A stretch of DNA of 64,000 nucleotides. It comes from Tubulanus polymorphus (Eukaryota > Animalia > Nemertea). Positions 54,410 through 64,000 of this stretch are shown in pieces. The stretch is from contig NC_134029.1 of assembly GCF_964204645.1 (NCBI RefSeq), positions 6,572,001 to 6,636,000 of the forward strand, given 5' to 3'. The notes beneath the pieces are model-generated. The model made no database searches and was not told where the DNA came from. It saw nothing but the letters and a program-made list of their open reading frames with translations. Both the position numbers and the translations under genes were made by a program. How positions within the stretch are numbered: the stretch's first letter is position 1; each line of letters opens with the position of its first letter.

Positions 54410-57400
54410 TTACTCATTCCTCATCTTATATCGCAGCTTTTCTGGTTCAGCATTATTCCCTTTATATTTTGAAGATTCTGAAAAGCCAGTGAAACAAATT
54501 GAATTTATGAATCATAACAGATTTCGATATAAAAATGTATTTGTTTTTATTTCCACTGTTTTGTTTGGTGTGCTGCATTAGCCAATCCTGGAAATAGCTT
54601 TTCACCTGAAGCACAAAAGAAACTATTTTTGGGATAACCCTTCGGTATAATGGCGTGGAATCGGCTCTTCATTTTCATGCAATTCAATCGGTTATATCGG
54701 AGATTCATATCTCAGATGAGAAATCTTGCGGAAAAATTTCATTTCTTAATTCCAATCTTACCTTTCTCACGTAAACCAGCTGCGTTATATTTTCCTGCCT
54801 TCGCATTCGATTTACCGTCCACATTGTTTCCTTTTCTGATTTTCATCCGTTCGTACGTTTCTTTTTTATGTGGTTCTCGTTCCGCGTCTTTCTTCTGACT
54901 GCGATCGGACTGTTTTTGGTCTTCTTTTGCGACGGCATCCTTGGGCGGCAAGTTGTGAGATTCATCATTAATTTTGGTATTGGTATTTTTTGACTTTTTG
55001 TCGATTCTCACGCCAGTCTCCTCAAAGGTCTTTTCGTGTCTTTCGGTTTTTATACCCCCCAACTGTAGCTTTTCTGCTTTTATCACACCTCTCGAAACAT
55101 CGGGTTTGCGAACATTTGGTTTTACTTTTGTGTCGGGATCATCATCATTTTTGTATCTGCTTTTCTCTGATTGTTCAGCTTTTCCAGGTTTTTCCGCTGG
55201 GCTGCTTGGTTTTTTATCTTTTCGTACTGGTTTATTTTCATCTTCATCATCCACAACTTCGGTATCTGACATTCCATGATTCTCAACTTCGGCATCTGAC
55301 ATTCCATTTTTGTCACTGGAGTCAACTGCAATTACACGGCCCAAAATGTATTGCATTATTTATTATTATGTGTATTAAAAAACAGTTTTTAGTGCCTAGG
55401 TCTGTCTCTAGGTGGCACACTGGGTCCATTCATTGCCCTGCACAACTAGACCCCATACCAACATTGTACCCAAGTTTCATCAAGATCGACCCAATATTAA
55501 CAAGGAGCCTATCGGCTTATATTGCTCCGTTGTGTGATTTGAAGAAATAGAAGCTGCATACTTAGGGGTGCCCCCTCTTGGCCAAATCCAAAAAAGGCTC
55601 TGTACTTTGTAGTATTGGTCCATAGAACATTCATACCAAATTTGGACTTGATCTGATTAAAACTGTAGGACTAGTAGCGATTTGAAGAAATAGAAACTCC
55701 ATCCCAAGGGGCGCTCCTGGGGGACGAATCCAAAAAATGGCTCTATAACTTTATAGGCCTTGGTTTATAGAACATTCATACCTAATTTGGAATTGATCTG
55801 ATTAAAACTGTAGGGCTAGTAGCGATTTGAAGAAAAAGTTGACAGACGAACGAACGAACCCATTAGCTCCGCTGGCCTTCAGTCAGAGCGGAGCTAACAA
55901 AGCTAAGTAGCTGTAAGACAGACATACAGACCTACAGACACAGACAGTATGGAAATAAGGGTCTCGTAATGGAAGCTACAGAACCAATAGGATACTTACC
56001 GTTTTTTAAGGTTTTCGTTTGGTTAGAAGATTTATAGGTTTTATCAGGTTCGTTCGGTTGGTCTATCGATACAGCTCGTTTCTCATTATTCATTTCTTGA
56101 TGATGCGCAATTTTGAATTCTTCAGCCTGCTTATCGGCTCTTTAAATAAAAACAAAACACGTAACGTTTTTAATTCTTTTACCCGTGGTTTATAATAGGA
56201 AAGCACAAAACATACGCTATCAGTGCATTGAAATTGTCGCAGAGCATTGTTTGGATTCATGACAAGACAAAACATTCGACACAAGTTTCTGAGTCACAAT
56301 TTTGGTGACCCACTTCATCAAATTTTATATCTAAAGTCCTTGTAATAATAGTGCTTATGTGTAATAAATGGAAACCAACTGTAAATAAGCTACCGTATCA
56401 TTATTTACTATAGACGCACGCCCTGAAATCAACTGTTTTCTTTGCAGTATGCAATTATAGCAATACTAACTTAAAAGGAGCGGCATTTGCTGTACTTACA
56501 TTGCATCCGCATCTGGTCTGTCAGCAATTACTTTGACTGCAAAAGGAAGAACAGCGATTTATTTCTTCTAAAATTCATAACTTGTAGTATCACCAGGAAA
56601 TTTTATGAGTGACTGAGGGAAGAATGGGAAACCAAGCCAAGCCAATCTTCTATTCAAGACATCGGCACAAAAAGGATGGACACAAAGAATTTCCTAAGAA
56701 CTATGAAGAAGTACGGGCATTAAGAAAGTATCAATGATCTATCACAAATTAACTCCACTCCACATACTGCATTTTCTAATGATCTCTTACCTGGCGTTGG
56801 TCCATTTCTATGAATGACATCAAACAGCTGTTTTTGACAGGTAGCCTGAAAAACAAATCGCAAAGATTACACAGAGTTCAAGCGCAGTATAAATTCAGAA
56901 GGCCTATCAATAACCAGTACCACTTTCCCTAAGATGGTTTACAAGACAAACGAAATTTGAACGGAAGGAAATTAAATTCAAGCTGACCCTGTATTATTTT
57001 AGGGAACACTATTTTGTTGACGTCTATATATGATATACTCATAAAAATAACAAAAAAGTCATTTTCTTAGGTATAGGGTTTAGAGTTTTGATAGGGTTAG
57101 GATTAGGTTGAGTGCTGTGTGTAGTTTAAACATTCAGAAGAATTCAACAAGCTCTGGTGGTCTAGTCAAAAGATGCTGTGCTAGCAATATGCTGTTTCGA
57201 ATACTGCTCTTTTTTCTCTTCTATTCTATGCACTTTCCTTGAATTTTCTAAGTCATGCACCTGAACGCGCATGCAGTGTTAATTAGCCAATTGGAGCGAG
57301 CTGCCACTATCAGTAAAATGGTGTAGCGGGAATAGAATATCGCCTGCCAATTTGAACTATTCTAGCATATATTTAATATTATCCAAACACTCACTTCTTT

Positions 57401-57763
57401 CTCTTTACATTGCATCAATTCGTCTGACTTTTGCTTCATTTCGGAATCCCTGACGCCGAGGTTTTTTTCATGGTCGCTCAACAAAGCGAAGTTCTTCGAT
57501 AATTGTTGTTTATGGGCAGCATTTTTTTCTATCAGGAGCTGGTTGCGTTTTTCAAGGGATATCTTCTTGATCGCCAGCAGTCGGAATTTGTCGTGCAGTT
57601 CGCCGATCTCTTGGACAAACCTGCGATTTTTGGACGACACATTCCAGTAGTTAAAACCGAGGATACAGATTACGACGACTAATCCGATTACCACGAACGG
57701 CGGCGAACGATTACCACCAGACCGTAATGCACCTCTAACAGATGACGATGCACCGTTTGACAT
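54410..57763 (-). CDS. Golgi membrane protein GOLM1/GOLM2(CASC4) family, type II membrane protein; 3' end uncertain
   Basis: N-terminus RSPPFVVIGLVVVICILGFNYWNVSS matches the GOLM1/CASC4 signal anchor, followed by coiled coil. Phase-consistent exons 57763-57395, 56845-56791, 56536-56500, 56139-56000, 55325-54762, then one of 54605-54547, 54477-54410 or 53889-53873. Confidence 0.85.
55380..55900 (+). mobile_element. Helentron-associated interspersed element (HINE; CvA/Pearl-like) in a GOLM intron
   Basis: About 144-bp tandem core units (gatttgaagaaa at 55536, 55679, 55824; aacattcatacc.aatttgga), a (GAAC)n microsatellite, and terminal hairpin TAGCTCCGCT...AGCGGAGCTA at 55864-55896. Confidence 0.75.
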
Positions 57764-58721
57764 GTTTTAATTAGTTCTCGGTTTTATATCCACTAAAAGT
57801 GACTTCAAAAACAATTTTTAGGAACGAAAGAAAGACGCCAAGTAGCCGAATAATTTCGAGTGTGGAGCTGGGATCCCAAAATGGGGGCGCCACTAACAGG
57901 TGTCATGCTCACTGCGGCCACGACAAAGTCGGTGCCGGCCGGCAGGTCTAAGTTTTTATTTTCCAAAACATGTATGCATTATTAACTTAAATTGGAGCCG
58001 AAAGTTGACATCTTACTCTTGTTGGTTAAAGGTACCTCGTACCTTATATTTTTGAAGAAGTTAACGATTTTGCTGAATCGCACTCTGTCTAGCCCGGGCG
58101 GGTCGTGTCCGTGCCCGGTCGTGACATCCTCGCTTGCCAGGGGTCCGGTATCACTCCCGAACTCGCTTCCACCAGCTTCAGGGAACAGCTTTAGCGTAGT
58201 GGGTTCGAATCCCTTGACGGGTGAAGATGGGGTCGTGATAATCATTGGTAAAATTTGAAATATACAGTAGGTAAAAATGACATTGAAATATTTTTACCGT
58301 GTACCGGCACTGATAAGCAGGGGCGGATCCAGGGCCGACTTTGAGGAGCAGCAGTGAATGGGCACTCCTAAAGTACATCATGATACTGCGCAAAATGCGG
58401 GGGTAGTTACCTAATCGTTGGTGGTAAGCTTTTTATATTCGGATGGGCTTATACCTATGTGGTTTGTGAAACTAAACCACAGACAGGTTACTGACTAGGG
58501 GTCGAGTGGCCAAAGTCACAGCAATATGGACACAGTCCCGGAGATGTTCAAGTTACTAACAAAATTACCAATTTTTTCAACATTGACACAAGACTTTTTT
58601 ATTTTGTTTTTACGGAATGACGGTTACAAAATTTGAACACGATAGCGTTTGCGAATCATGTAATTCTGAGGACAGATGTTATTGGTATCGTTCACTTATA
58701 GAAACATGAATATTTCATCCT

Positions 58722-58758
58722 ATTCATTCGTTCGCTTATTATAAGCGAACGAATGAAT
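58722..58758. repeat. Perfect 18-bp inverted repeat with 1-nt spacer
   Basis: ATTCATTCGTTCGCTTAT-T-ATAAGCGAACGAATGAAT. Confidence 0.9.
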
Positions 58759-58823
58759 TTTCATAATATAAAAATTCACTTCCACCAGTTTCCATAATTA
58801 ATCGGATTAAATGAATAAGGGGA

Positions 58824-59495
58824 TTATCTCGAGGATGGCGGCATCATGCATAATATCTTCGAGGCCCTATTCCCTTTATTCAATTCAGCATTGTTAGCGG
58901 CCTCTGGTTTCACTCGAGGCTCAGGTTTAGGCTGCGAATAAACGCCTCGAGAATCGCCGAATATAGTCGACATCGAGCCTTTATTTCGAAAAAAGTTTTC
59001 TTCAGCCTCTGATTTTACTCGTGGTTGTGGTTGGGCCGATTGTTTTTGATGTCCGTAGTTTTCGAATAGTGATTTAGTGGCACCGCCGGAATGTGCCTTG
59101 GCATTACCACCCGCTTCGGGCTTCACGGCCCGCGCGTGCACCTTTCTGGACGGCGGCATAGACGGATAACCGCCCATCATTGAATCCATACAGCCTTTAT
59201 GTTTCTCCATTTGTTCTCTCGCAGCAGCCGACGGGCACCTAGCAACTGGTCTGGGTGACTCATATTCTTTATTTTTCGACTCATCCAACCAATTACCCAT
59301 TTGTCCTCGATGTTTCTCTAATTGTTCTCTCGCAGCCCCTGAAGGGCATCGACCTGCTGGCCTCGGAGAGTTATACTGTTTATTTGCTTCTTGATTAAAA
59401 AACAAACCCAAACAACCCTTGTTTCTCTCGTAATTTCCCTGGGCTTCCGCTTTGACGCGAGGGCCAGTATTCGGGGATACGGGCGCTGCCAACAT
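58824..59495 (-). CDS. Uncharacterised 223-aa basic protein of six 35-37-aa repeats
   Basis: Single coding exon after acceptor tttcag|GCAAGG ATG; upstream donor AAG|gtatgt at about 59720; coding-like GC content. Repeat glycines at aa 27, 64, 101, 137, 173, 208. Confidence 0.85.
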   Translation of the reverse strand: MLAAPVSPNTGPRVKAEAQGNYERNKGCLGLFFNQEANKQYNSPRPAGRCPSGAAREQLEKHRGQMGNWLDESKNKEYESPRPVARCPSAAAREQMEKHKGCMDSMMGGYPSMPPSRKVHARAVKPEAGGNAKAHSGGATKSLFENYGHQKQSAQPQPRVKSEAEENFFRNKGSMSTIFGDSRGVYSQPKPEPRVKPEAANNAELNKGNRASKILCMMPPSSR

Positions 59496-59804
59496 CCTTG
59501 CCTGAAATCTAATAAAACTTTCCCATAATCAAACAATCAAGGACAAAATCGTAAACGTTCGTTATGTGTAATCGATACTTTATTGGCGGCGCTGAATTGA
59601 TTCGAGCTTCCTTCTCTTCAACTGTTCAACACTCAACCCAGATAACGTATGTTTTTCAGAAAATGGAACTAATCATAAATACATAGTATATGTATTTAAG
59701 CAAATATATGAGTACATACCTTACGGTTGAATAATAATACCAAGTCGAATTTGAGAGAAACGCCGTCTACCGAAGGAAGTTTGTGTCAGTACTGCTATGA
59801 CATG

Positions 59805-59818
59805 GTAGCCATGACTAC
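59805..59818. promoter_or_regulatory. X-box-like palindrome near the 5' end of the repeat-protein gene
   Basis: GTAGCCATGACTAC (3 differences from GTTGCCATGGCAAC), about 85 bp upstream of the first donor. Confidence 0.4.
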
Positions 59819-59998
59819 GATGTCACGTCGATTTAGCGTAGTTGTATATTCATAACACGCCAATACACGTCAGTACGGTACAACAAAACCACCGGTTAAA
59901 CAATACCATATACACTAAAAAACGAGTTTCGATTCCATGATAATACGTGGCACGGCAAATAAACTATTATCTATTAGCAGATCATGTTTAATACTCAG

Positions 59999-60100
59999 GA
60001 CCCAGTTCCACTGTTCTGAGTTAAATTTGACTCTAGAGTTAAAACATTGAAAATGAACTAACTCGGAGTTAACTCTAACTCACAACTGTGGAACCGGGAC
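59999..60100. mobile_element. PIF/Harbinger-like MITE
   Basis: cag|GACCCAGTTCCAC...GTGGAACCGGGAC|ctg with internal inverted gagttaa/ttaactc; similar termini to the 51.2-kb MITEs. Confidence 0.65.
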
Positions 60101-61637
60101 CTGGTTATTATCATACGACAAATGCGTTTGGACGCGTTATGGATTACTACCACTGTCAGAGGGTATCATATCATAAACAATTCAGTCACTGCGGGCGTCT
60201 TATCGAAAAAACCACTATCGCACGAACTCGACCTTTTCAGCCTGTGAATGTATTTATTTGCGATAAGTGCAATCTCCAGTCCTTTGCTTACATTAGTCGT
60301 CAATTAATTATTTCGAGACCACAATTTTTCGAGACAACAAAACGTAAATGCTACAATTGTAATTTAATTTTTTAATATTTACTAATAGTAGAAATATTTT
60401 GGGTGGTTACTTCCATCCCTTCATGCTAAAGCCTACATTGACTGAAGGATTCTACATGTAACCATTTGACGGAAATATTACAAATGTTTTTAGTTCGATC
60501 ACAACTGTGGTAGTTAACGTTTTATTATTATCTGTTAATTCTACAAAAGAATCCCTGGCCGGAGAGAAAATTTCAAGACTTCTTGTTTTTCAGTCATCAG
60601 TATTCCACCAATACAAAAAAATAAACAATTGATTAAAACCTGATTATTGTTTTCTTTTTTTTTTATTTTGCCGATGAATCATGAGGTGTATTCTGAATGA
60701 ACAACTAAGCAACTACAAAAATAAGGAAAATAAGTTTTTACTTTTTACACTTAGAGCTCCAAATTCAAGAATGAAAATATCAACGAAACATTAAAAACAT
60801 CAAATGGTAGATAAAGAAATTCAGTAAGGGTAAATACTGTAAGTGCAGTTTACCCATTTGTTACCTGGTACAATGTGCTTTACCTGGTTAATTCACGACC
60901 CAGTTCTACAGTTATGAATTTCTGGGTCCAGCTAATATGAAAATGTTTCTACAAAAAGATGGCCACTTCGCTAAGGCTTTTTTTTATCACTTGGAGTATG
61001 GGGGGAAAAAATACAATAAAATCTTTTTTTCTAATAGGCGTTTTAAAATTGAAGGGAACAGAAAAAATACATAATATAAATATATTTTCTATTTGAGCAT
61101 TTTCTGCATAAGGGTGAAAATTTTTTTTGGCAGATCACAAGATTGAAACTTAAGACGAACATAAAATTTACAAGTCACTAGATGGAAAATCAATATTGGC
61201 ATAACCGAAGAAATATATTTCTCTAAGATTTTTCTAATTCCAATAGCCAGATCCGTACTTCAAGTAATAAAAAAGGCCTAACATCGATGTATTGTCATGG
61301 GTGCATCTAATTGATACACAACCTGAATTTCGTTTTCCTAGTGAACTAATTAATCAACTATGACATCATATAAGGAGAGCCTCTGGATCGAGCAGCCTAT
61401 TTTTTACACGGCAAGAGGTTGGTCAAACACCGCATAAGAAATATGGCAATGTTGAGCATTCTATCACAGAGTTCTATACAGTGGGACCGTTTTATAACAA
61501 ACTATCGGATGTAAATTTGTAACAAACCTTTTGTTCAGTAACAAACTGATTTTTACTGACCCACTGAAGTTCATTTTAATGCAGTTCCACTATTACTCAG
61601 AGAAAGAAACAAGTAGATTACCAACTACAGTCATCTC

Positions 61638-61863
61638 CAGGGGCAGATTTAAGGACTGGCCTTGGGGGTCCGGACCCCTGCCTTCCCACTGCGGTTGCCC
61701 TTTTCGTCAAATCAAAGGTCATTAAAACCTGCGAATTTGACATCCTTTCGGAAATAGTATATTTTCAGACATATTTCTTCGAAAATATCTAATTCCAAGG
61801 GTGGAACCCCGCACGTAGTTTCTTCTGGACCCCGGCCTCCTGAATGTCCTAGATCCGCCCCTG
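61638..61863. mobile_element. CAGGGGC...GCCCCTG MITE (hAT5-like)
   Basis: caggggcagattt ... agatccgcccctg; flanks ATCTC / AACTC (5-bp TSD, one mismatch). Confidence 0.7.
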
Positions 61864-62741
61864 AACTCCCGGTTATCCGCCACTATTCGGACCCCGGTGA
61901 GTCTGGCAGATAAGCGAGGGTAGCGTTTCAGTGATTTCAAGAAATTTCAATTTTTTTTATTTGCCTAAAAATAGAATTGCTCACAAATGGCTTCTCAAAT
62001 AGATATTCAAGTGCCAAAATTATACACTGTGGACTTATTCATAAGTCATACTAAAATTGGGATTAAACAAGAGCCCCAAGGGACACTACGGCCAGTCAGT
62101 CGGCTTTTCATGAATGGCAAATGATGCAATCAGTTATATTTGTCAAAATACACTCCCCACTCAATATCATATACACAGAACTATGTAGGGAAATATATAA
62201 ACAGACATGCTACTAAATACATACATGAATACGTTTTGCTGGAATGAATAATGAAACCGATTGATACAGTGCCCGTACAAATCAGAAATTTCATACAATC
62301 ACTGGGACTATGGATCCATGGACATCAATCAAGCCCAGTTAGTTTGAATGCTTGTCAATTTCACTATTCAATGCCCCCTGGCGAACAAATGATTAATCAA
62401 TTGTCTTGAAACTCACCACAGATCATGTCATGAGCTACAATTTTGCAACTGCTTGTAGATATGAAATATATATGCATACGAATATGTACATGGAAATATC
62501 ATTTTATTCTGCTTATTCAATGCCGCCAGGTGATATACAATGACCTTGAAACCCACGAGAACAATAAAATCTGTCATTAGCCACATATTGGCATTGAATA
62601 TGATTACAGAATATGCATAGGAACCAATATTATTGAAAAATTGTATATAATTCAATATCTAAGTCATCCTTGTGGAGAGAAAAAGAACTGGGTAAAACAA
62701 AATTTTAAAGACAACCCATTGAAGTGTCTTCAAACTAGATT

Positions 62742-63086
62742 CAGGGGTGGATCCAGCCTACGCTACTACCGCTTGAGCAATACTCCAGCCTGAGGTTTGC
62801 CCCTCGATTTTTCAAGGTCATGAAAAATCCCGTTTTACCAGGAAGAAACAAACTCTGGCAGGTGAGCCATTATTGATGAGTCCATTTGACTTAGATAAGG
62901 GATATGCCATTTTGAATTGTACTGATATGTAGTAAGTTATATTCCGGATGGATTTGATGCCCCAAATGTGCTCAGATTGTATCTCAGGGCACTAAAAATT
63001 CAAAATTATTATTCATTGGGCTATGATATAGGTGTCCTTCCACAGTTGAACACAGAACTCAAAAACCAGGGCTAGATCCACCACTG
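62742..63086. mobile_element. CAGGGG...CACTG MITE, same family, degenerate
   Basis: caggggtggatccagcc ... ggctagatccaccactg; no clear TSD. Confidence 0.55.
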
Positions 63087-63636
63087 TGTTAGGCCTGAGC
63101 GGAACACGGATTAACGGGTTCCGCCCAGACAAAGCCTAATTAGTGCTCATGGTTTTTAATTATATTTATGTTTTGTTTATTGTAAATAGCAACCATTATG
63201 TATAAAAGATACTAACATTTATTATATCACTGTCAAATCTACTAACCGACTCGAAGAATAAACAACGCTCTATATAGTCATACCGATTGCTGTCTCTCGT
63301 GTTTGATCTTGGATTATAATTATTTGTGTTACGTTGTGTATCAAAGTCTTACAACTGGGATTCCATCTATGGATGGACGAACGATGGACACAAAAAGTGA
63401 ACGCGATAGCCTTGCGGAGAGTTGGCTAATAAATCAACTGTTACATATGAAATGTAGATATCAGATCGGTAATAAAAGTGATGTATATACACATGGATAT
63501 TGCCGCAAACACCTGTCGATTTACAACAATCACGACTAATCGGAAATCTATACATCAATCATTATAGTAAAAAACTCTCATTCTTAATCCTATAGGAGCA
63601 TAAAACTCTCCCTCTCTTCCCTACAGTCTACAGCAA

Positions 63637-64000
63637 TTACGTATTGATTATATCCATGCTTCCGTAATAAGCGTTTCTATACAGCCGTCCGAGAGTCGTG
63701 TTCAACTTCTTGATATCCTCCGCCGTGTGGTCTTTATTATAAAACCTAAACCACGTGTGGACGGCGTAATTTTTGCTGAGGTCGTAGAGTTTACCGGTGT
63801 TGTAAATCCACTCGCGTTCCATCCAGTTCGGCCGATGCAACGAACGCGGTTCGACGTGTATGAGATTCGGGTGTTTGGCCGCGAGTTGCGCCGGCAACTG
63901 AACCGAGTGGTACGCCCACTGGTTGTCGTTGAACGTCTTGTAAGACTGGTGCCAGATCTTCAAGAACGACGCGTTCGCCTTCGATATGATGATACCGTTG
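63637..64000 (-). CDS. 3' part of a GT32/DXD-type (alpha-1,4-glycosyltransferase-like) protein, continuing beyond the window
   Basis: Frame open from the edge: NGIIISKANASFLKIWHQSYKTFNDNQWAYHSVQLPAQLA...YAVHTW, matching the N..I.....FL..W...Y..F....W..HSV..P..LA pattern of GT32-related proteins; GC-rich codons. Confidence 0.75.
   Translation of the reverse strand, partial: NGIIISKANASFLKIWHQSYKTFNDNQWAYHSVQLPAQLAAKHPNLIHVEPRSLHRPNWMEREWIYNTGKLYDLSKNYAVHTWFRFYNKDHTAEDIKKLNTTLGRLYRNAYYGSMDIINT

Overview
AT-rich, intron-containing animal genomic DNA. The repeat families and gene set look like a lophotrochozoan-type marine invertebrate, but the taxon cannot be proven from the sequence. Well-supported spliced genes are HSCB (1065-2382 +, 2 exons), a CNGA/TAX-4-type cyclic nucleotide-gated channel alpha subunit (34104-44367 +, 4 coding exons, 662 aa; the frame of the exon at 39489 is missing from the ORF track), GTPBP3/MnmE (48438-51759 +, 8 exons, 563 aa) and a GOLM1/GOLM2-family Golgi membrane protein (57763 to about 54410, -). 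Also present: an uncharacterised 223-aa protein of six 35-37-aa repeats (59495-58824, -), the 3' end of a GT32-like glycosyltransferase (64000-63637, -), and probably the first coding exon of a mitochondrial protein divergent from HSCB (73-1, -). The 2.7-34 kb interval has no recognisable protein gene. It holds LINE 3' fragments, a tRNA-derived SINE, MITEs, a perfect (ATG)317 array next to a tandemly duplicated 480-bp hairpin-ended element, and a nested DNA transposon pair. The most interesting signals are: near-perfect RFX X-boxes beside candidate non-coding first exons of the CNG gene, plus an X-box-like site at the repeat-protein gene (possible ciliary regulon); a 154-codon alternative reading frame that stays open across three CNG exons; a transposon-borne array of 12 CACGTG E-boxes in the putative CNG first intron; and a 9-bp-TSD MITE with outward-facing Pol III B boxes in its TIRs. 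No prokaryotic system (CRISPR, defence island) is evident. All calls are by eye, without database searches.
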